DNA of 63,711 nucleotides, filler included, from Reticulomyxa filosa (lineage: Eukaryota > Protista > Foraminifera): assembly GCA_000512085.1 (NCBI GenBank). It is 18 parts of 18 records of this genome, joined end to end, with 100 filler letters (N's around TTAATTAATTAA, not from the genome) between each part and the next. Parts side by side here need not be neighbours in the genome. Positions count along the whole stretch, not along the records: positions 24,219 to 27,239 come from ASPP01028013.1; positions 27,340 to 28,411 come from ASPP01028307.1; positions 28,512 to 31,645 come from ASPP01011846.1; positions 31,746 to 33,400 come from ASPP01035866.1; positions 33,501 to 35,309 come from ASPP01028153.1; positions 35,410 to 36,409 come from ASPP01047513.1; positions 36,510 to 38,067 come from ASPP01010721.1; 11 more parts are not named here. One strand, 5' to 3'. Below are positions 25,381-38,067 of this stretch, piece by piece (the stretch's first letter is position 1; every line of letters begins with the position of its first letter). The notes beneath the pieces are model-generated. The model was given only the letters and a program-made list of their open reading frames with translations, was not told the origin of the DNA and did no database searches. The position numbers were made by a program, and so were the translations under genes.

Positions 25381-26901
25381 CTACAATTAATGTGCTAGTT
25401 CGAGAGAAATGATATTTGAACAAATATGTTATCAAATGTATGTAGTCTTAAACTTATTCTCTACGATAAAATCAAGGATAGTGGCTGTTTCCTTCAAGTC
25501 TCCTTTACATAAGTTCCAGATTCTTGAGATAAATTCTTTTTCAATTGTGTTAAATGATTGTTGAAGGCTTTCCATTTTTGAGGTACTCCGTTTATTTTGT
25601 TACTTTTTTGAAAGAACTCTTTTTCGAACTAGAGTACCGTCAGAAAAAAAGTGCACATATTTTTTTAAATTTATATTGACAAATTTCTCAAACAGTTTTT
25701 CAAGGATTTCATTTTGCTGGCAAAGATTTTTTGATCTTTCATTCCGGAGTGGCACTCCACTTTTTTGCTGAAGATTCGTTTTCTACACTCTAAAAAATTT
25801 TGATGCATGAGCTATTTTTCACAATTCATACAATTCATTGGAATATAATAAATTGATATAAAATATGATATATGTTACAAAATCTTCACTATTTCTTTTG
25901 TGAATAAATATTCTTTTATTTAGAAAAATATTATGTAAGATTGTTTATATAAAGTTGGATGTAATTTCAAACGTGAAAATTGAAACAAAAAAAGGGTAGT
26001 AAGTAAAAGGTAGACAAAACTACAATAAATAAATACCTTTCATAAATAGTCACAATAATTGAGTCTTTATTGGAAAAAATAGCGATATTATAATGAATTG
26101 TGCGAAGTATTTGGTAAATGCAACAGCCATTTGTTATTGATTATCATCCAAATATTATTTGTATAAATACATTTCAATTTATTAAACACAACTTCATTAT
26201 CTTTTTATGTCTTTTTTTGTTTTATTAATAACAGACAATCGAAACTTCAGTACAAAATTTTTTTGGATCAGTTAAAAAACTGCATGCAAATATGAATGGA
26301 ATTATTATTTTTGTAAAAACTCTGTTATTAATGAACGAATATTAAATGTAGTTCAAAAAAGAAAAAGTTTTTGTTATGAAACTAGTTTACAAAAATTAGT
26401 TGTAATTATTCTTTGTTGTTATTCACAAGATATTTCCAAAAAAAGAACGTAAGGAGTAATTTCAATAGAAGTGTGATGCACTCCAATATATAATAATAAA
26501 CACAATAAATTTGCATCTCTTTTTATTACAGCTGCTATATTTATATTGATAATTCTAGAGTAATAGTTACTTTTCTTTTGAAGTGATTATAATTTTTATC
26601 TTTATTTTCATGACTTACTATTGTGCCATAATGTCAATGTATCATTAATCTGTTCTCTTTTTCATTGAAATTGTCTTCAAACAATATAATCTTTGATTTA
26701 TTGCTTTCGGCAGTTGAATGTGCAAAAGACTCAACTATCACTTTAAACAGGATTAAACACGAAAATTAATGTAATTTCAAAAATAAAAATAAATAAATCA
26801 ATTGAAACGTAAACAAAACCATTTTATAAAAATAGAGTTTCATGTGATCCCCTTTTAAACACAACGTTTTTTTTGGAGAAAAAAAAAGAAAGAAAAGGAT
26901 A

Positions 26902-27239
26902 ATGTTAGCCTTGAATATGGAAAGAGCTGAAAAAAAGTTGGAAAATGAAAAAGAAATATTTTCCAGTTCTGGATGTTATAACAAAGACTGGCTTTTGTTA
27001 ACAAACAAGCCACAGAAATTAAATAATTTAACCTGCTTCATTTGCAAAGAAATTGCAAACAATGCAGTGGAATTGCATTGTGATAAGCATGAAAATGCAG
27101 GACAAGTGTATTTGATTGGAGAAGAGTGTTTGCAAATCTATTTGAAACAAAGCAATGGAAAATGTCCAATTCAACAACACGATAATTGTGAATTTGTGAA
27201 GAGTAAATCCTCAAGACAACAAGTTTTAGATTTATTGGT
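26902..27239 (+). CDS. RING-like zinc-finger protein (TRAF-like N-terminus), truncated
   Basis: CFICKEIANNAVELHCDKH...IGEECL...GKCPIQQH has a RING-variant Cys/His pattern. Confidence 0.7.
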
Positions 27240-27339
27240 NNNNNNNNNNNNNNNNNNNNNNNNNNNNNNNNNNNNNNNNNNNNTTAATTAATTAANNNNN
27301 NNNNNNNNNNNNNNNNNNNNNNNNNNNNNNNNNNNNNNN

Positions 27340-28411
27340 AATAAGTAAGTATACCTTTTCGTAAATTGACCATTTTTTTTTTCCACGCGCGGAATAAAAG
27401 CATGCAAGCACACAAGCCAAAGATGATTCCATAGATACCGCCACACAAGAGACCTTGATGCAATGCCTCGGCCAGTTTGATGAGATTGGACGTTGTGTCG
27501 ATGGCCCACTGTTGTCCGGACGAGTAGTCTTCTTGCACAATGGGATTGCTCGGTGGCTGTAAGGCCTCGATCTGAGACTTGTACACTTTCGCGTCCTGGA
27601 TGAAGTTGCCGACACGACGATACCAATAGCGAAAGATATAGGCCTGTCCCAAGATGCCCAATAAGCCTATCAAAGTAATGATGGATGTATTGAAAGTGGT
27701 CTTTTCTAGCTTCATTCAAATCAAATAACCTTACCAAAAAAAAAAAAAAAAAAAGAGGTTGTAACTCACCAAGATAGGCGGCTCCATAAATCCTGGACGG
27801 GTAAACAATTTTGCTCAAATGTTCCAACGTGAATTTATCTTGCCCAAGTTTTTCTTCCTTTTCGAAATAAACGGTCGGCCAAAAGAACTCTCTCAACATG
27901 AATGCATTGCCACGATCGATTTCACGAGTGTTGGACAACAAACTCCCAGCCCCATTATCCGTGTTATTGTTATTATTATTGTTATTGTTGGCCGCCATGC
28001 CTTTGCTCTCTTGTTGTGCTCGTTTCCCACTAACTGCGGCGGGCACTATCGCCTCTTCGTTGTCTTCTTTCATTGCCGGTAACGGGACTTGGCTGTCATA
28101 CAAAACGGCGTCTTGACTTAGACTACTGCTCCGTGATTGCAGCGACACCAACTCAGGCACATGCTCGTTGTTATCCAGTTGTAGCGATTGCAACTTTTGA
28201 TGCGATCTTTCTGCAAATATTATACTCCTTCGCGCGTTGTCAATTTCAGTCACCTCTTGTGCTATCGATTCCCGTTGCTTCGATAATAGCTGTTCGGACT
28301 GGGTAGGCCTCAATACTGAAGTCGTCGCAGGTCTGTCCTTATCCTCAATCACCGATCTGGAGACTGAGCGGGGCGCTCCTGTTTTTGTTTCGTTGGATTG
28401 GACATTGAGTA
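27340..28411 (-). CDS. Hypothetical membrane protein, internal fragment (2 exons)
   Basis: Open frames 27770-28411 and 27340-27712 are joined by a GT-AG intron and encode several hydrophobic helices. Confidence 0.55.
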
Positions 28412-28511
28412 NNNNNNNNNNNNNNNNNNNNNNNNNNNNNNNNNNNNNNNNNNNNTTAATTAATTAANNNNNNNNNNNNNNNNNNNNNNNNNNNNNNNNN
28501 NNNNNNNNNNN

Positions 28512-28880
28512 TTACCATTGTTGGCCTTACCATTGTTGGCCTTACCATTGTTGGCCTTATCATTGTTATTGTTACCATTGCTCGCGTTACCATTGTTGTT
28601 TGATTTGGCAAATTTTCCATGGTATTTTTTGTCTTCACTGATACAACTCGTATGCTTAACATAATCTTCACCAAATTTTTTCCCACAATCGACACTATTA
28701 ATTTTGATAAAATTTATGTTATTTTCTTTAATGTTTTGTAGAATTTTACTGTAATTATGCATATTTTTTAACTAATTTTCCCTACCAGCTGAATGTTTCG
28801 TAACCGCATTTACGGAAATGCGCGTCCACTTGCTTTTTTTTTACAGTCAATTGACAACCGTCACAAGTGAAGGATACCAT
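28512..28880 (-). CDS. LYAR: LYAR-type C2HC zinc-finger nucleolar protein, N-terminal part
   Basis: Exon 1 MVSFTCDGCQLTVKK.QVDAHFRKC (homopolymer indel) plus exon 2 VDCGKKFGEDYVKHTSCISEDKKYHG match the LYAR finger pair. Confidence 0.85.
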
Positions 28881-29994
28881 ATTGTTGCCCTAAAAATAAA
28901 GCAGAATTTCAAGTTAGCAAAATCAGTTTTTGATATGAATCTTAGTTCCGTTTGGGGACTGTTCAACCAAAGTTTTAGTTTTTTCAAGAACAAAAAGGTA
29001 ATAAATTTTTTAATGTGCTTATTTTGCTTGAATTATGCTGGAAAAGCAGAAATTTTTTTCCAAGTTTTCTAATTTAATAAAGCAAAACAAGCACTGGGGG
29101 CAACGTCTAGTACGAAACTAAAAAAGGGGTTTGCAGTTGCTTCAATTCCTTTCCAACCGGAATTGACTACGTATCCATTACCGGCAGTAAAAAAAAATAA
29201 AGACACATTTTTTGACAATGACAGGTAACATCAAAAGAAATAAAATCAATATACGAAAACGTCTCCACTGTTGGTTGAAAATTCTTTTAACTTGTTGACA
29301 TTTTGTTTCGCCATGAAAAAAGTGGAAAATTAAGCGCCAAAGAAATTTTATGTCGTCTTTGATTTGTACAAGAAACAGCTCAGAGTCATTATAATGATAT
29401 TCGAGAAAAAAAGCTAACAAAGCAAGTAGACAAGACCATTCCCTCAAAAAAAAGATGTGCGCTTGCGTGGCAGTGAAGGGTACAAATTGAGTGTATTTCA
29501 AGCCTTTAAAACAAAGCAAAAGTTAATTATTCGCTTTTATCTATTTTTTTGTCCCCAAGGTGATTTGAAACAATAAGAATTTCCAAATTTAGGAACAAAT
29601 TATACAATACATTCGGTTACCTCACGTAATATACAAAGTTTAACTTTTTTGGTGAACATACTATCAAATACTTTGTTTTAATGCGTTTGGTATGTAAAAT
29701 ATCCATAGTTATACAGCCATCGAATATGCAAATTATCATATACATTATGAAAAAATTGGGCTTTGTGGAGGAATGGATCAGAATGACAAAAAAAAAAATG
29801 GTGCTGAGGAACAAAAAGGCTATACAGATGAAGCCAATTCTGGAGAAGAAAATAGTAAACATATAATTTTGGTAATTATTATTTCTTTAAAAAATGCTGA
29901 AAACATTTCTTGTTTTTTTTTTTGTGACTTCTTACCATCCAAGCAAATAATTAAATCCTGGACGATAAATTCATGACTCACTGATAGGATAGAC

Positions 29995-31068
29995 TAAAAG
30001 ATCAATTGCATTTATTACAGGATGTTGGCTCCGCAATGCAAAGATTGACTGGGGATGGATTAATGAGTTCAATCTAATTATTACTAATTATGTTGAGTAA
30101 ATTTCGTTTCACTTCAATTTTTTTTCATCACTTTTTTCAATTATTTTTCACGTTTGCCATATTTTTTGTGTTTGTAATCAAAAGGCAAAAAAATTCAGAG
30201 AATTGAAAATTTTGCAAGGTCATTTAGATCGGGTCAATGTTTCACAATTTTCTCCGGATGGTAGTACTATTGTGTCTTGTTCAGATGATAAAACAATTCG
30301 GATATGGGATGTATTATCTGGAATGGAGATATCAAAATTTAAGGAATATTTAGATATTGTTACATTGATTCATTTTCACCAGATGGCTACTCAATTCTTT
30401 CATGTTCTGATGATAAAACAATCCGAATATTTGATATATCATCAGGAAAAGAGCTTCAAAAAATCTTTGGATCTTTTGATGGACTTAATTATGCAAGTTT
30501 TTCACCAGATGGCCATAAAATTGTATCATGTTTTTACGAAAACACTATACGAGTATGGGATGTAAAATCAGGAAAAGAAATTCAGCAGCTAGAAGGGCAT
30601 TTGAATATTGCAAATGGAGCTCAGTTTTCGCCAAATGGCCAAAAAATTGTGTCATGGTCTTGGGACAAAACTATTCGTGTGTGGGATACTGCTTCAGGTA
30701 CAGAAGTGAAAAAATTCGAAGGACATTCACGATGGATTACAAAAGCGCAATTTTCAGCAAATTGCAACAAAATTGTGTCTTCCTCAAATGATGGAACAGT
30801 TCGAATATGGGACGTGACGTTACAAAAAGAAGTACACAAATTAGAAGGGCATACTGATTATGTAACAGGGGCACAGTTTTCGCCAAATGGTCACACTGTT
30901 GTGTCATCTTCTTATGACAAAACAATTCGATTATGGGATATCGCATCGGGAAGAGAACTTCAAAAATTGGAAGGACATTTAGATGCGGTAACAGGAGCAG
31001 AATTTTCTGCGGATGGAGAGTTCATTTTGTCATGGTCTTTGGACAAAACAATTCGAATTTGGGGATGA
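29995..31068 (+). CDS. WD40-repeat protein (frameshift near 30365)
   Basis: Repeated GH...V...FSPDG..IVS.S.DKTIRIWD units. Confidence 0.9.
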
Positions 31069-32858
31069 CAATAATATAACTCAAACTTAACAAAGAAACA
31101 TTGTAATGGAGAAAATATTTGTATATGCTTGTAAAATATTGAAATGTTGTGTGCAACAAAAGGGAAACGATTGTGCATTTGGATTTGCATCAAGTGAGAA
31201 TTACATTAATGATACGCTCAAAATCTTGAGCAATACTGCAGAATATGACAGACGAAACTTTTGTTGTGCAAAACAACAATGTTTCATAAAAAAATTTAAA
31301 CACGCAAATTTCATTACAATTATCAAAAACCCAATAAGCAAATTTCACGAAGATATTCATGTTTTCATTGTTCAATATGTCAAAGTTGTCGACATGCGAC
31401 CCGTTAAGAAAGTTTTCATCTGAAATCACGAAAGCCATAAAAAATAAAGAAATGTTATCGTAACATTATATTAATTTCATGTCACCTTTGCCGCTAAAAG
31501 GAATGTGACAATCAATACAATTTCCTTCCTTTCATTCTCAATCATGGAAGGAGGAAAAAAGGTATTATCCCAGCAGGGAGAAAATTATAGACAAAAGGAC
31601 GACAATGGTAAAACGCGCAAGGAACAAAGAAAAAAACAAACAAAANNNNNNNNNNNNNNNNNNNNNNNNNNNNNNNNNNNNNNNNNNNNTTAATTAATTA
31701 ANNNNNNNNNNNNNNNNNNNNNNNNNNNNNNNNNNNNNNNNNNNNTCAGAAAAACAGACTGGGGAGAAATACTGCGCAAACATGCTATGTTATGGCTCTA
31801 GATCGGGTCCAATCCGGCTTTGGCAGGGAAACTCCTTCTAATCTTACTTTTTTCTCAGTCTTGTTTTGAAAGTAAAACCATGAAATAAAAATTGAAGTGA
31901 AAAAACCAACTTTTGACCGACTCATTTTTGTACTTAAAAAAAATGCATGTTAGAAGAAGGTTACCTTCTCCAAATTAAAAAAAAATTAAATTTGTATGAC
32001 CAAAATCGATTGATGTTTGAATATGTACTGTGAAATTTTTTTATCATTGTCTTTGTTTTTTTAAATGTGAAAAGATAACAACAGTTAATTCATAAATGAA
32101 TAACGTAAAATGGAACATCAATCACATTCTACAATAATCTAAGAATAAAATTAATTTCAAAAAGTGAGATTTATTAAAATTCAATGCCTGACGCCATGCA
32201 GCATGAAGTTGATCCTTTTGAATAGATGTTTATTTTCAATCTCATTAATTATATCGAATTAAAAATATTCTAAATTAACAGTAAATAGCGATAATGATTA
32301 TTCGTTCAAAGAAATCCAACAAAAGGGGAGGCCAGAGCAGGACAAAATTAAGGTATTTAAATATAAGGGAGTATGGAAGAGGAAAAACAATCAAATATTG
32401 ATACGAACATAGAAAAAGAAGTGACAGAAGATAGATGGAGGCCACCAAGCGCCATAGATTATCAAGAAAATGAAAATCCCAGTCATTTAGGCAAAGTAAA
32501 AGGGGGGAATGACCAACAAAAACATCCGGAGCAACTACCTCAACTAAAAAAAAGCGAAAAATCGCCACTGGACAACCAAAATCCATCTCCAGAATCGTCG
32601 TATGAAATTTATTTTTCATTTTCCGATTCTTTTGACTTGAGATTTCTTTTTAATCATTTTTAAAAAAAAAGCGTTTCCATTACAAACACAACAACGGAAG
32701 CGCTTCGTCTGTTTTGACCAGTCAATCCAAAGAAATGGCAACTGAGAAAGAAAAAGCAAAAAATGGTTAGTAAAAAAAACAACAACGAGTTTTCGCAACC
32801 CAAGGAAGAAAGAGAGAGGAAAAATTTCACATTTTGGGAATACACAAAAAAAAAAAAA

Positions 32859-33112
32859 ATGATGACAGAAGAAAAGAGCCGTTCTCGAAGTCGTCACAAA
32901 CGAACAAAAGGACATGCAAATGACAGTTCTTCACTGTCTCGTTCGCCTTCACTTTCTAAGTCAAGGTCGACTAGTTATTCTCGTCATATGTTCTTTGATT
33001 ACTAAATTATTACCCACTGCCCTCACTAGCTTGTTTGTTTGTTTGTGACTACTTTTGACGTCTTAACAGGTCGTCACGTCATCCGAAGCAATCTCGAAAC
33101 AATCGACGCAAG
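32859..33112 (+). CDS. Ser/Arg-rich protein N-terminal fragment
   Basis: MMTEEKSRSRSRHK...SRSPSLSKSRSTSYS followed by a short exon near 33070. Confidence 0.4.
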
Positions 33113-34800
33113 TTGAGTGTGCAATCTACTACAACAATCCCATTGTGTATACATGCATATAATATTTATTAAATATTATATACATATGTATGCATTGTAT
33201 ATGTGTATATATATTTTTTTTTGGAGCAGTGAATGCAAAAGATGTGGTGTGTGGTTTTGAAATATTTTTTTGTTATCGTCAATTGGTTTTTTTTTTTTTT
33301 TTTTTTTTTTGTATTTTTGTTGTTGTTGGAGGGGGAACAAGAACTCAACTTTGAGCCCCTTTTTGGGTTTGGGAAAAAAACAGCGCAGCCAACTTGACCT
33401 NNNNNNNNNNNNNNNNNNNNNNNNNNNNNNNNNNNNNNNNNNNNTTAATTAATTAANNNNNNNNNNNNNNNNNNNNNNNNNNNNNNNNNNNNNNNNNNNN
33501 CTCAAAACAAATTTAATATTATTTCTAGATTGCAAATGAAGTGTGTAATGACTGTGATGTAACTAAAAGTCTAAAGATAGCTTGATTTTTTGTTTATTAG
33601 TTGAGTAAGCTAGAATCAAGTCAAATCAACAACAATAACAGCTTTGATTATTGAAAGAGTTTTATTAATACTTGTCCAGACATAATTAACAAGTTTTTAT
33701 TAATCTATCTTTGTATAATCTATTACGACTATGTTTGATATGAAGCTATGTCTAGTAATGATAATAATGTTTGCAAAAAGATAAAATTCTGACTTTATAA
33801 AGTTGTATTCTATATCAAAGATGATCAATTAGACTAATTGCTATCACATAAAAGCTATTAAACGCAATTTGAAGCTTTGCAATGCATACACAATCTGATG
33901 AAGATAATGCATCAACAAATTATATTATTTATCAACTATTATTTCTTTCGAAATGACAATCCGAGGATATTTATATCAAATGAAAATCCGAAATAGGTAA
34001 TCACCACTTCCAAAGTCTACGACCTTCTCCATGCACAAATGTATCACGACCAAACTCGAAAATGCCAATACAACAGTCTTCTAATTATGCAAAATCTTTC
34101 TTTAAGTGATCATTACCCAAAACGCAAATTCATTAATTTTAATAATGTAATTGAATATCAACAATTGAGATACTAATAAAAAATATTACATTAAATTTAA
34201 ATGCTGTCACACATTATCATTAAATTAAAAAGATTTGGCATTCAAACAAATGGTTGTTGTAATTTTTATAAGTATTTTTTTCCAATAGTTTTCGCAAGTT
34301 CAGTTAAATAATTTATAGCTAATTGAATTCAATTTTTTTTAATGAAAGAGATTAGTTTTAGCCAAATGCAAAATTAGAACTATAAAAGAAACGATATAAT
34401 TTTTAAGTTATAAGCAAAGTTCTAATTGACCATTTTTTTGCTGTTGTTGTCGTTCGTCACTTCCTTTGTTTTATTTTGTTCTCTAAATTTGCTTTCTTTA
34501 TTGATTTGACAATAAAGAAAGTAAAAAGTTAAGTTTCTTGTTTAAATTTTTTACTTTATGTTACTTCGGACTTGGGCCTAAGAACAACAAAGCAAAAAAA
34601 AGTTATTATTGTTCTGGAATAATATCTTAAAAACTAGACTGTCTTTGAATTGACTATAGATTCCGCATGTTTCAAATCTTTGTCGCAAATGTCTATAATC
34701 TCAGTTTTGTTTCCACTTCTAGCTCCGAAAAAACTTTTCTGCGGATTCGGACTGTGTTTGTGTTTTTATTTATTTATTTATTTTAAATAAAAATGTTGAG

Positions 34801-35140
34801 ATGGAGTGATTGATGTAGATGTAGCAAGTCATACAAAAATTGAGGCAGCTATAGCTTAATGCGTAAAGCCCGCTGTACTTGATGGCACTTGTCCGCATTA
34901 GGGCCATCCACCTTTGAAAAATTCTTTTGAATTTTCTAGGGGTGGTGCAACTTCAAAAGGGTTGCTAGGCTGACCATTATGTTGGGTTGAGTCTTGGGTG
35001 TCTATGCGCCAAGTTGCAGGGCCACATGCATTCTTGCATACACACTGGCACACGTACATCTACTAATGTGTGCGTTCATGCAATTCGGCAACGCCCAATC
35101 GAAATTAGCAGATATATTGGTTCTAGTCTAAGCACTCCAT
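34801..35140 (+). ncRNA. Candidate structured RNA, unassigned
   Basis: GC-enriched island with a terminal 8-bp helix and consecutive hairpins containing G-U pairs. No Rfam motif recognised by eye. Confidence 0.35.
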
Positions 35141-35507
35141 TTAATTAAAAAATTTGTATTTGCTTAATGAAAAAAAACATTATATAAATTTGCTAACATA
35201 CTTGATATTTATTTGGTGTATAATATACAGTAGGTTGCAAAGAAAACTGAACGCCTAAAACATATCTTATGATGATAATTGATTTTCTCAATGAAAAATC
35301 AACATTTAGNNNNNNNNNNNNNNNNNNNNNNNNNNNNNNNNNNNNNNNNNNNNTTAATTAATTAANNNNNNNNNNNNNNNNNNNNNNNNNNNNNNNNNNN
35401 NNNNNNNNNAAAAAAAAAAAGGAACGATGTACTTTAAGATAATAACATATGCCCAAAAAAAAAAAAAATTGCACGTTGACAAAACAAAAACAAAAGTTCC
35501 CAGATAC

Positions 35508-36409
35508 TCACTTTTTTTGGTATTTTTTTGTATACAATACCATCTTCTCGAACAACTGGATTACTTCTGCACATGATATCGCAACGGTATTTCCATCAGA
35601 TGAAATATCCATACCTAACATACTTCTATAATAATACGATTCAATATATTGTATAACCACTTTTAGTTTTACATCCCAGAATTGTATACCATTTGACCCA
35701 CAAGCTACAATTGTTTGGCTATCTGATAAAAATCTTACATCATTTGTTTCACCTCTTATCTCGTCACTTGTTTCAAATTTTGCAATCTCCAATCCTGTTT
35801 GTGCATTCCATATGCGGATCGTTTTATCACTTGAACATGAAACAATAAATTTACCATCTGAAGAAAATGATGCTTTCTTCACAGTACTGGCATGCCCTTT
35901 CAATGTATATACTTTTTCACCTATTTTTATATTCCATATTCCAATTGTAGTGTCAGCAGAGGATGATACAAGATATTGCCCATCTGGTGAAAATTCCACA
36001 TTGAGGATTGCATTAGTGTGTCTTTCAAGTTTTTTAAGCAATATTCCAGAATTAACATCCCAAATACGAATTATACCATCACTTGAAGACGATACTATGA
36101 AAGTTCCTTCTGGTGAAAATTGAACACTTGTTAAACCATTAAAATGTCCTTTTAATATCATTAACTCATTTCCAGATTTCAAATTCCACAGTCGAATCGT
36201 ATCATCTTGTCCACATGATACAACTAATTTACCATCTGGTGAAAATTGTGCATGTGTTACACTTCCAAAATGTCCTCTTAGTAATTGGATTTCTTTACTT
36301 GATTTTATATCCCATATTCGAATTGTTTGATCATTTGAAGAAGAAACAAGTTTGGTTCCGTCTACTGAAAATTTTGCACTGTTTACATTCTCTAAATGTC
36401 CAGTCAATC
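35508..36409 (-). CDS. WD40-repeat protein (5' truncated)
   Basis: 299-aa ORF with six to seven WD40 repeats. Confidence 0.92.
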
Positions 36410-36509
36410 NNNNNNNNNNNNNNNNNNNNNNNNNNNNNNNNNNNNNNNNNNNNTTAATTAATTAANNNNNNNNNNNNNNNNNNNNNNNNNNNNNNNNNNN
36501 NNNNNNNNN

Positions 36510-36941
36510 TTTGCTGATCACGTTTGCCGCCTGGCGCATGCTGAACGATGCGCCGGCAGAAGCGTCGCCGGGTGTCGAGAAGATCGAAAACCGCGAGGTG
36601 CTGAAGCAGCGCGCCTTCTACCCGCTAACCTTTCCGCTGACAGTGGGCCGGGCTCGATCTCGGTGGCCATTACGGTGGGGGCATCGCTCAGTAGTGCTGG
36701 CCGCGGCCTGGAAAAATTTGCCGTAGCACCGTTGGCCGCCGTGGCGGCGGTGGCAGCCATTAGTGTGCTGACCTGGTGGTGCCTGACGCATGCCGACAAG
36801 CTGATGCGTTACCTGGGCCGTACCGGTTCGGTGGTGTTTCTGCGCCTGACGGCCTTCATCTTGCTGTGCCTGGGGGTGCAGATCATCTGGGAAGGTTTTT
36901 CCGGTCTGGTGGAGCCGCTGCTCAAGAGCATCGGCAAGTAA
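36510..36941 (+). CDS. MarC family inner-membrane protein (bacterial, partial; 1-nt frameshift at about 36645)
   Basis: FYPLTFPLTVG(P)GSISVAIT...LMRYLGRTGSVVFLRLTAFILLCLGVQII is the MarC signature. GC-rich codon usage. Confidence 0.85.
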   Translation, partial: FADHVCRLAHAERCAGRSVAGCREDRKPRGAEAARLLPANLSADSGPGSISVAITVGASLSSAGRGLEKFAVAPLAAVAAVAAISVLTWWCLTHADKLMRYLGRTGSVVFLRLTAFILLCLGVQIIWEGFSGLVEPLLKSIGK

Positions 36942-36959
36942 AATAACCGTGTAGCAAGC

Positions 36960-36982
36960 AAGGGGGCATGGCCCCCTTTTTT
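36960..36982. terminator. Probable bidirectional rho-independent terminator
   Basis: AAGGGGGC-ATG-GCCCCCTTTTTT hairpin between the convergent MarC and SemiSWEET stops. Confidence 0.75.
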
Positions 36983-37251
36983 CATGCTTGCGGCTCGCGG
37001 CGTAGCTCGCGCCATTTCATCACCAGAATGATGGACGCCAGCAGCAGGGTAATACCATTGGCCAGCATGATGGGCAGGGCGCCCAATAGCCAGCCGTAGG
37101 CCAGCCAGGCAGCGACACCGATCACCAGCATCAGGTACATGGTGAACGAGATGCTGCGCGTGTCGCCGGTACGCAGGGTGCGGATGACTTGCGGCAGGAA
37201 GCTGGTGGTGGTGAGGAAGGCGGCAATATAGCCGAGCAGGTCGGTGGTCAT
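36982..37251 (-). CDS. SemiSWEET (MtN3/PQ-loop) sugar transporter, bacterial
   Basis: 89 aa: LGYIAAFLTTTSFLPQVIRT...DTRSISFTMY...WLAYG...PIMLANGITL. Confidence 0.92.
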   Translation of the reverse strand: MTTDLLGYIAAFLTTTSFLPQVIRTLRTGDTRSISFTMYLMLVIGVAAWLAYGWLLGALPIMLANGITLLLASIILVMKWRELRREPQA

Positions 37252-37409
37252 GATCGTTGTGGGGTGGCGTGGTGATATAGGCAGATTGTGCCTGTACTCT
37301 CTGCGTTTGGGGCAAGGTGTGCACGCAGTGTTTTGCCGATAAAACCTCAATCCCCCGACAGCGGCGGGATATACCGCTACAATGTTGCCTCGCTAAAAAC
37401 GGGGTGTGT

Positions 37410-38067
37410 ATGTTTACGCTGGCTTTTCTGTGCGTGTTTGCGTTTCTGGCGGGTTTGATCGACGCCGCTGTCGGTGGTGGCGGCCTGATCCAGATTCCGG
37501 CCTTGTTCAATGCCCTGCCGCAGGCCTCGGTGGCGACGCTGTTCGGTACCAACAAGATGTCGTCTGCCGTGGGTACCGTGTTTGCGGCGCGCTCCTACCT
37601 CAAACGTGTGAAGATACCGTGGCGGCTGGTGCTGCCGGCTGCGGGCGCGGCTTTCGTGATGTCGTTTGCCGGTGCGGCGGCAGTCAGCTATATCCCGCCC
37701 AGCGTGATGCGCCCGCTGGTGCTGGTGCTGCTGATCGTGATGGCGATCTACACCTTCCGCAAGAAGCAGCTGGGCGCGGTGCACGAGCCGGTAGCCATCG
37801 GTCGGCGCGAAATGCTGGTTGGTCTGGCCATTGGCGGCGGTATCGGCTTTTATGATGGCCTGTTCGGGCCGGGCACTGGCAGCTTTTTGATGTTCCTGTT
37901 CGTGCGCTTTTTTGCCTTCGACTTTTTGCATGCGTCGGCCTCGGCCAAGGTAGTGAACCTGGCCACCAACATCGCCGCGCTGTGTTTCTTCATCCCCAGC
38001 GGCAACGTGCTGTTTGCCTATGCCATCCCGATGGCAGTGTGCAATGTGGCAGGGGCGTTGGTGGGTT
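37410..38067 (+). CDS. TSUP (TauE/SafE, YfcA-like) transporter, bacterial, 3' truncated
   Basis: AGLIDAAVGGGGLIQIPAL...GTNK...IGFYDGLFGPGTGSFL...ASAKVVNLATN. Confidence 0.92.

Noticed and set aside
29092-29190. GC-richer patch with small hairpins (ribozyme or snRNA?)
   Set aside because: No hammerhead or snRNA core motifs. It reads as a short open frame on the - strand, so it is more likely a decayed exon.
34845-34890. tRNA-like start GCAGCTATAGCTTAATGCGTAAAGC
   Set aside because: No TTC T-loop or acceptor-stem partner at the proper distance. Kept only as part of the structured-RNA candidate.
36640-36650. Programmed frameshift in MarC
   Set aside because: A missing G in a G run within the conserved GPG motif; a homopolymer sequencing error is the simpler explanation.
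37317-37409. Extended N-termini of the TSUP and SemiSWEET ORFs overlapping each other
   Set aside because: Family homology starts at ATG 37410 and ATG 37251. The interval is a divergent promoter region.
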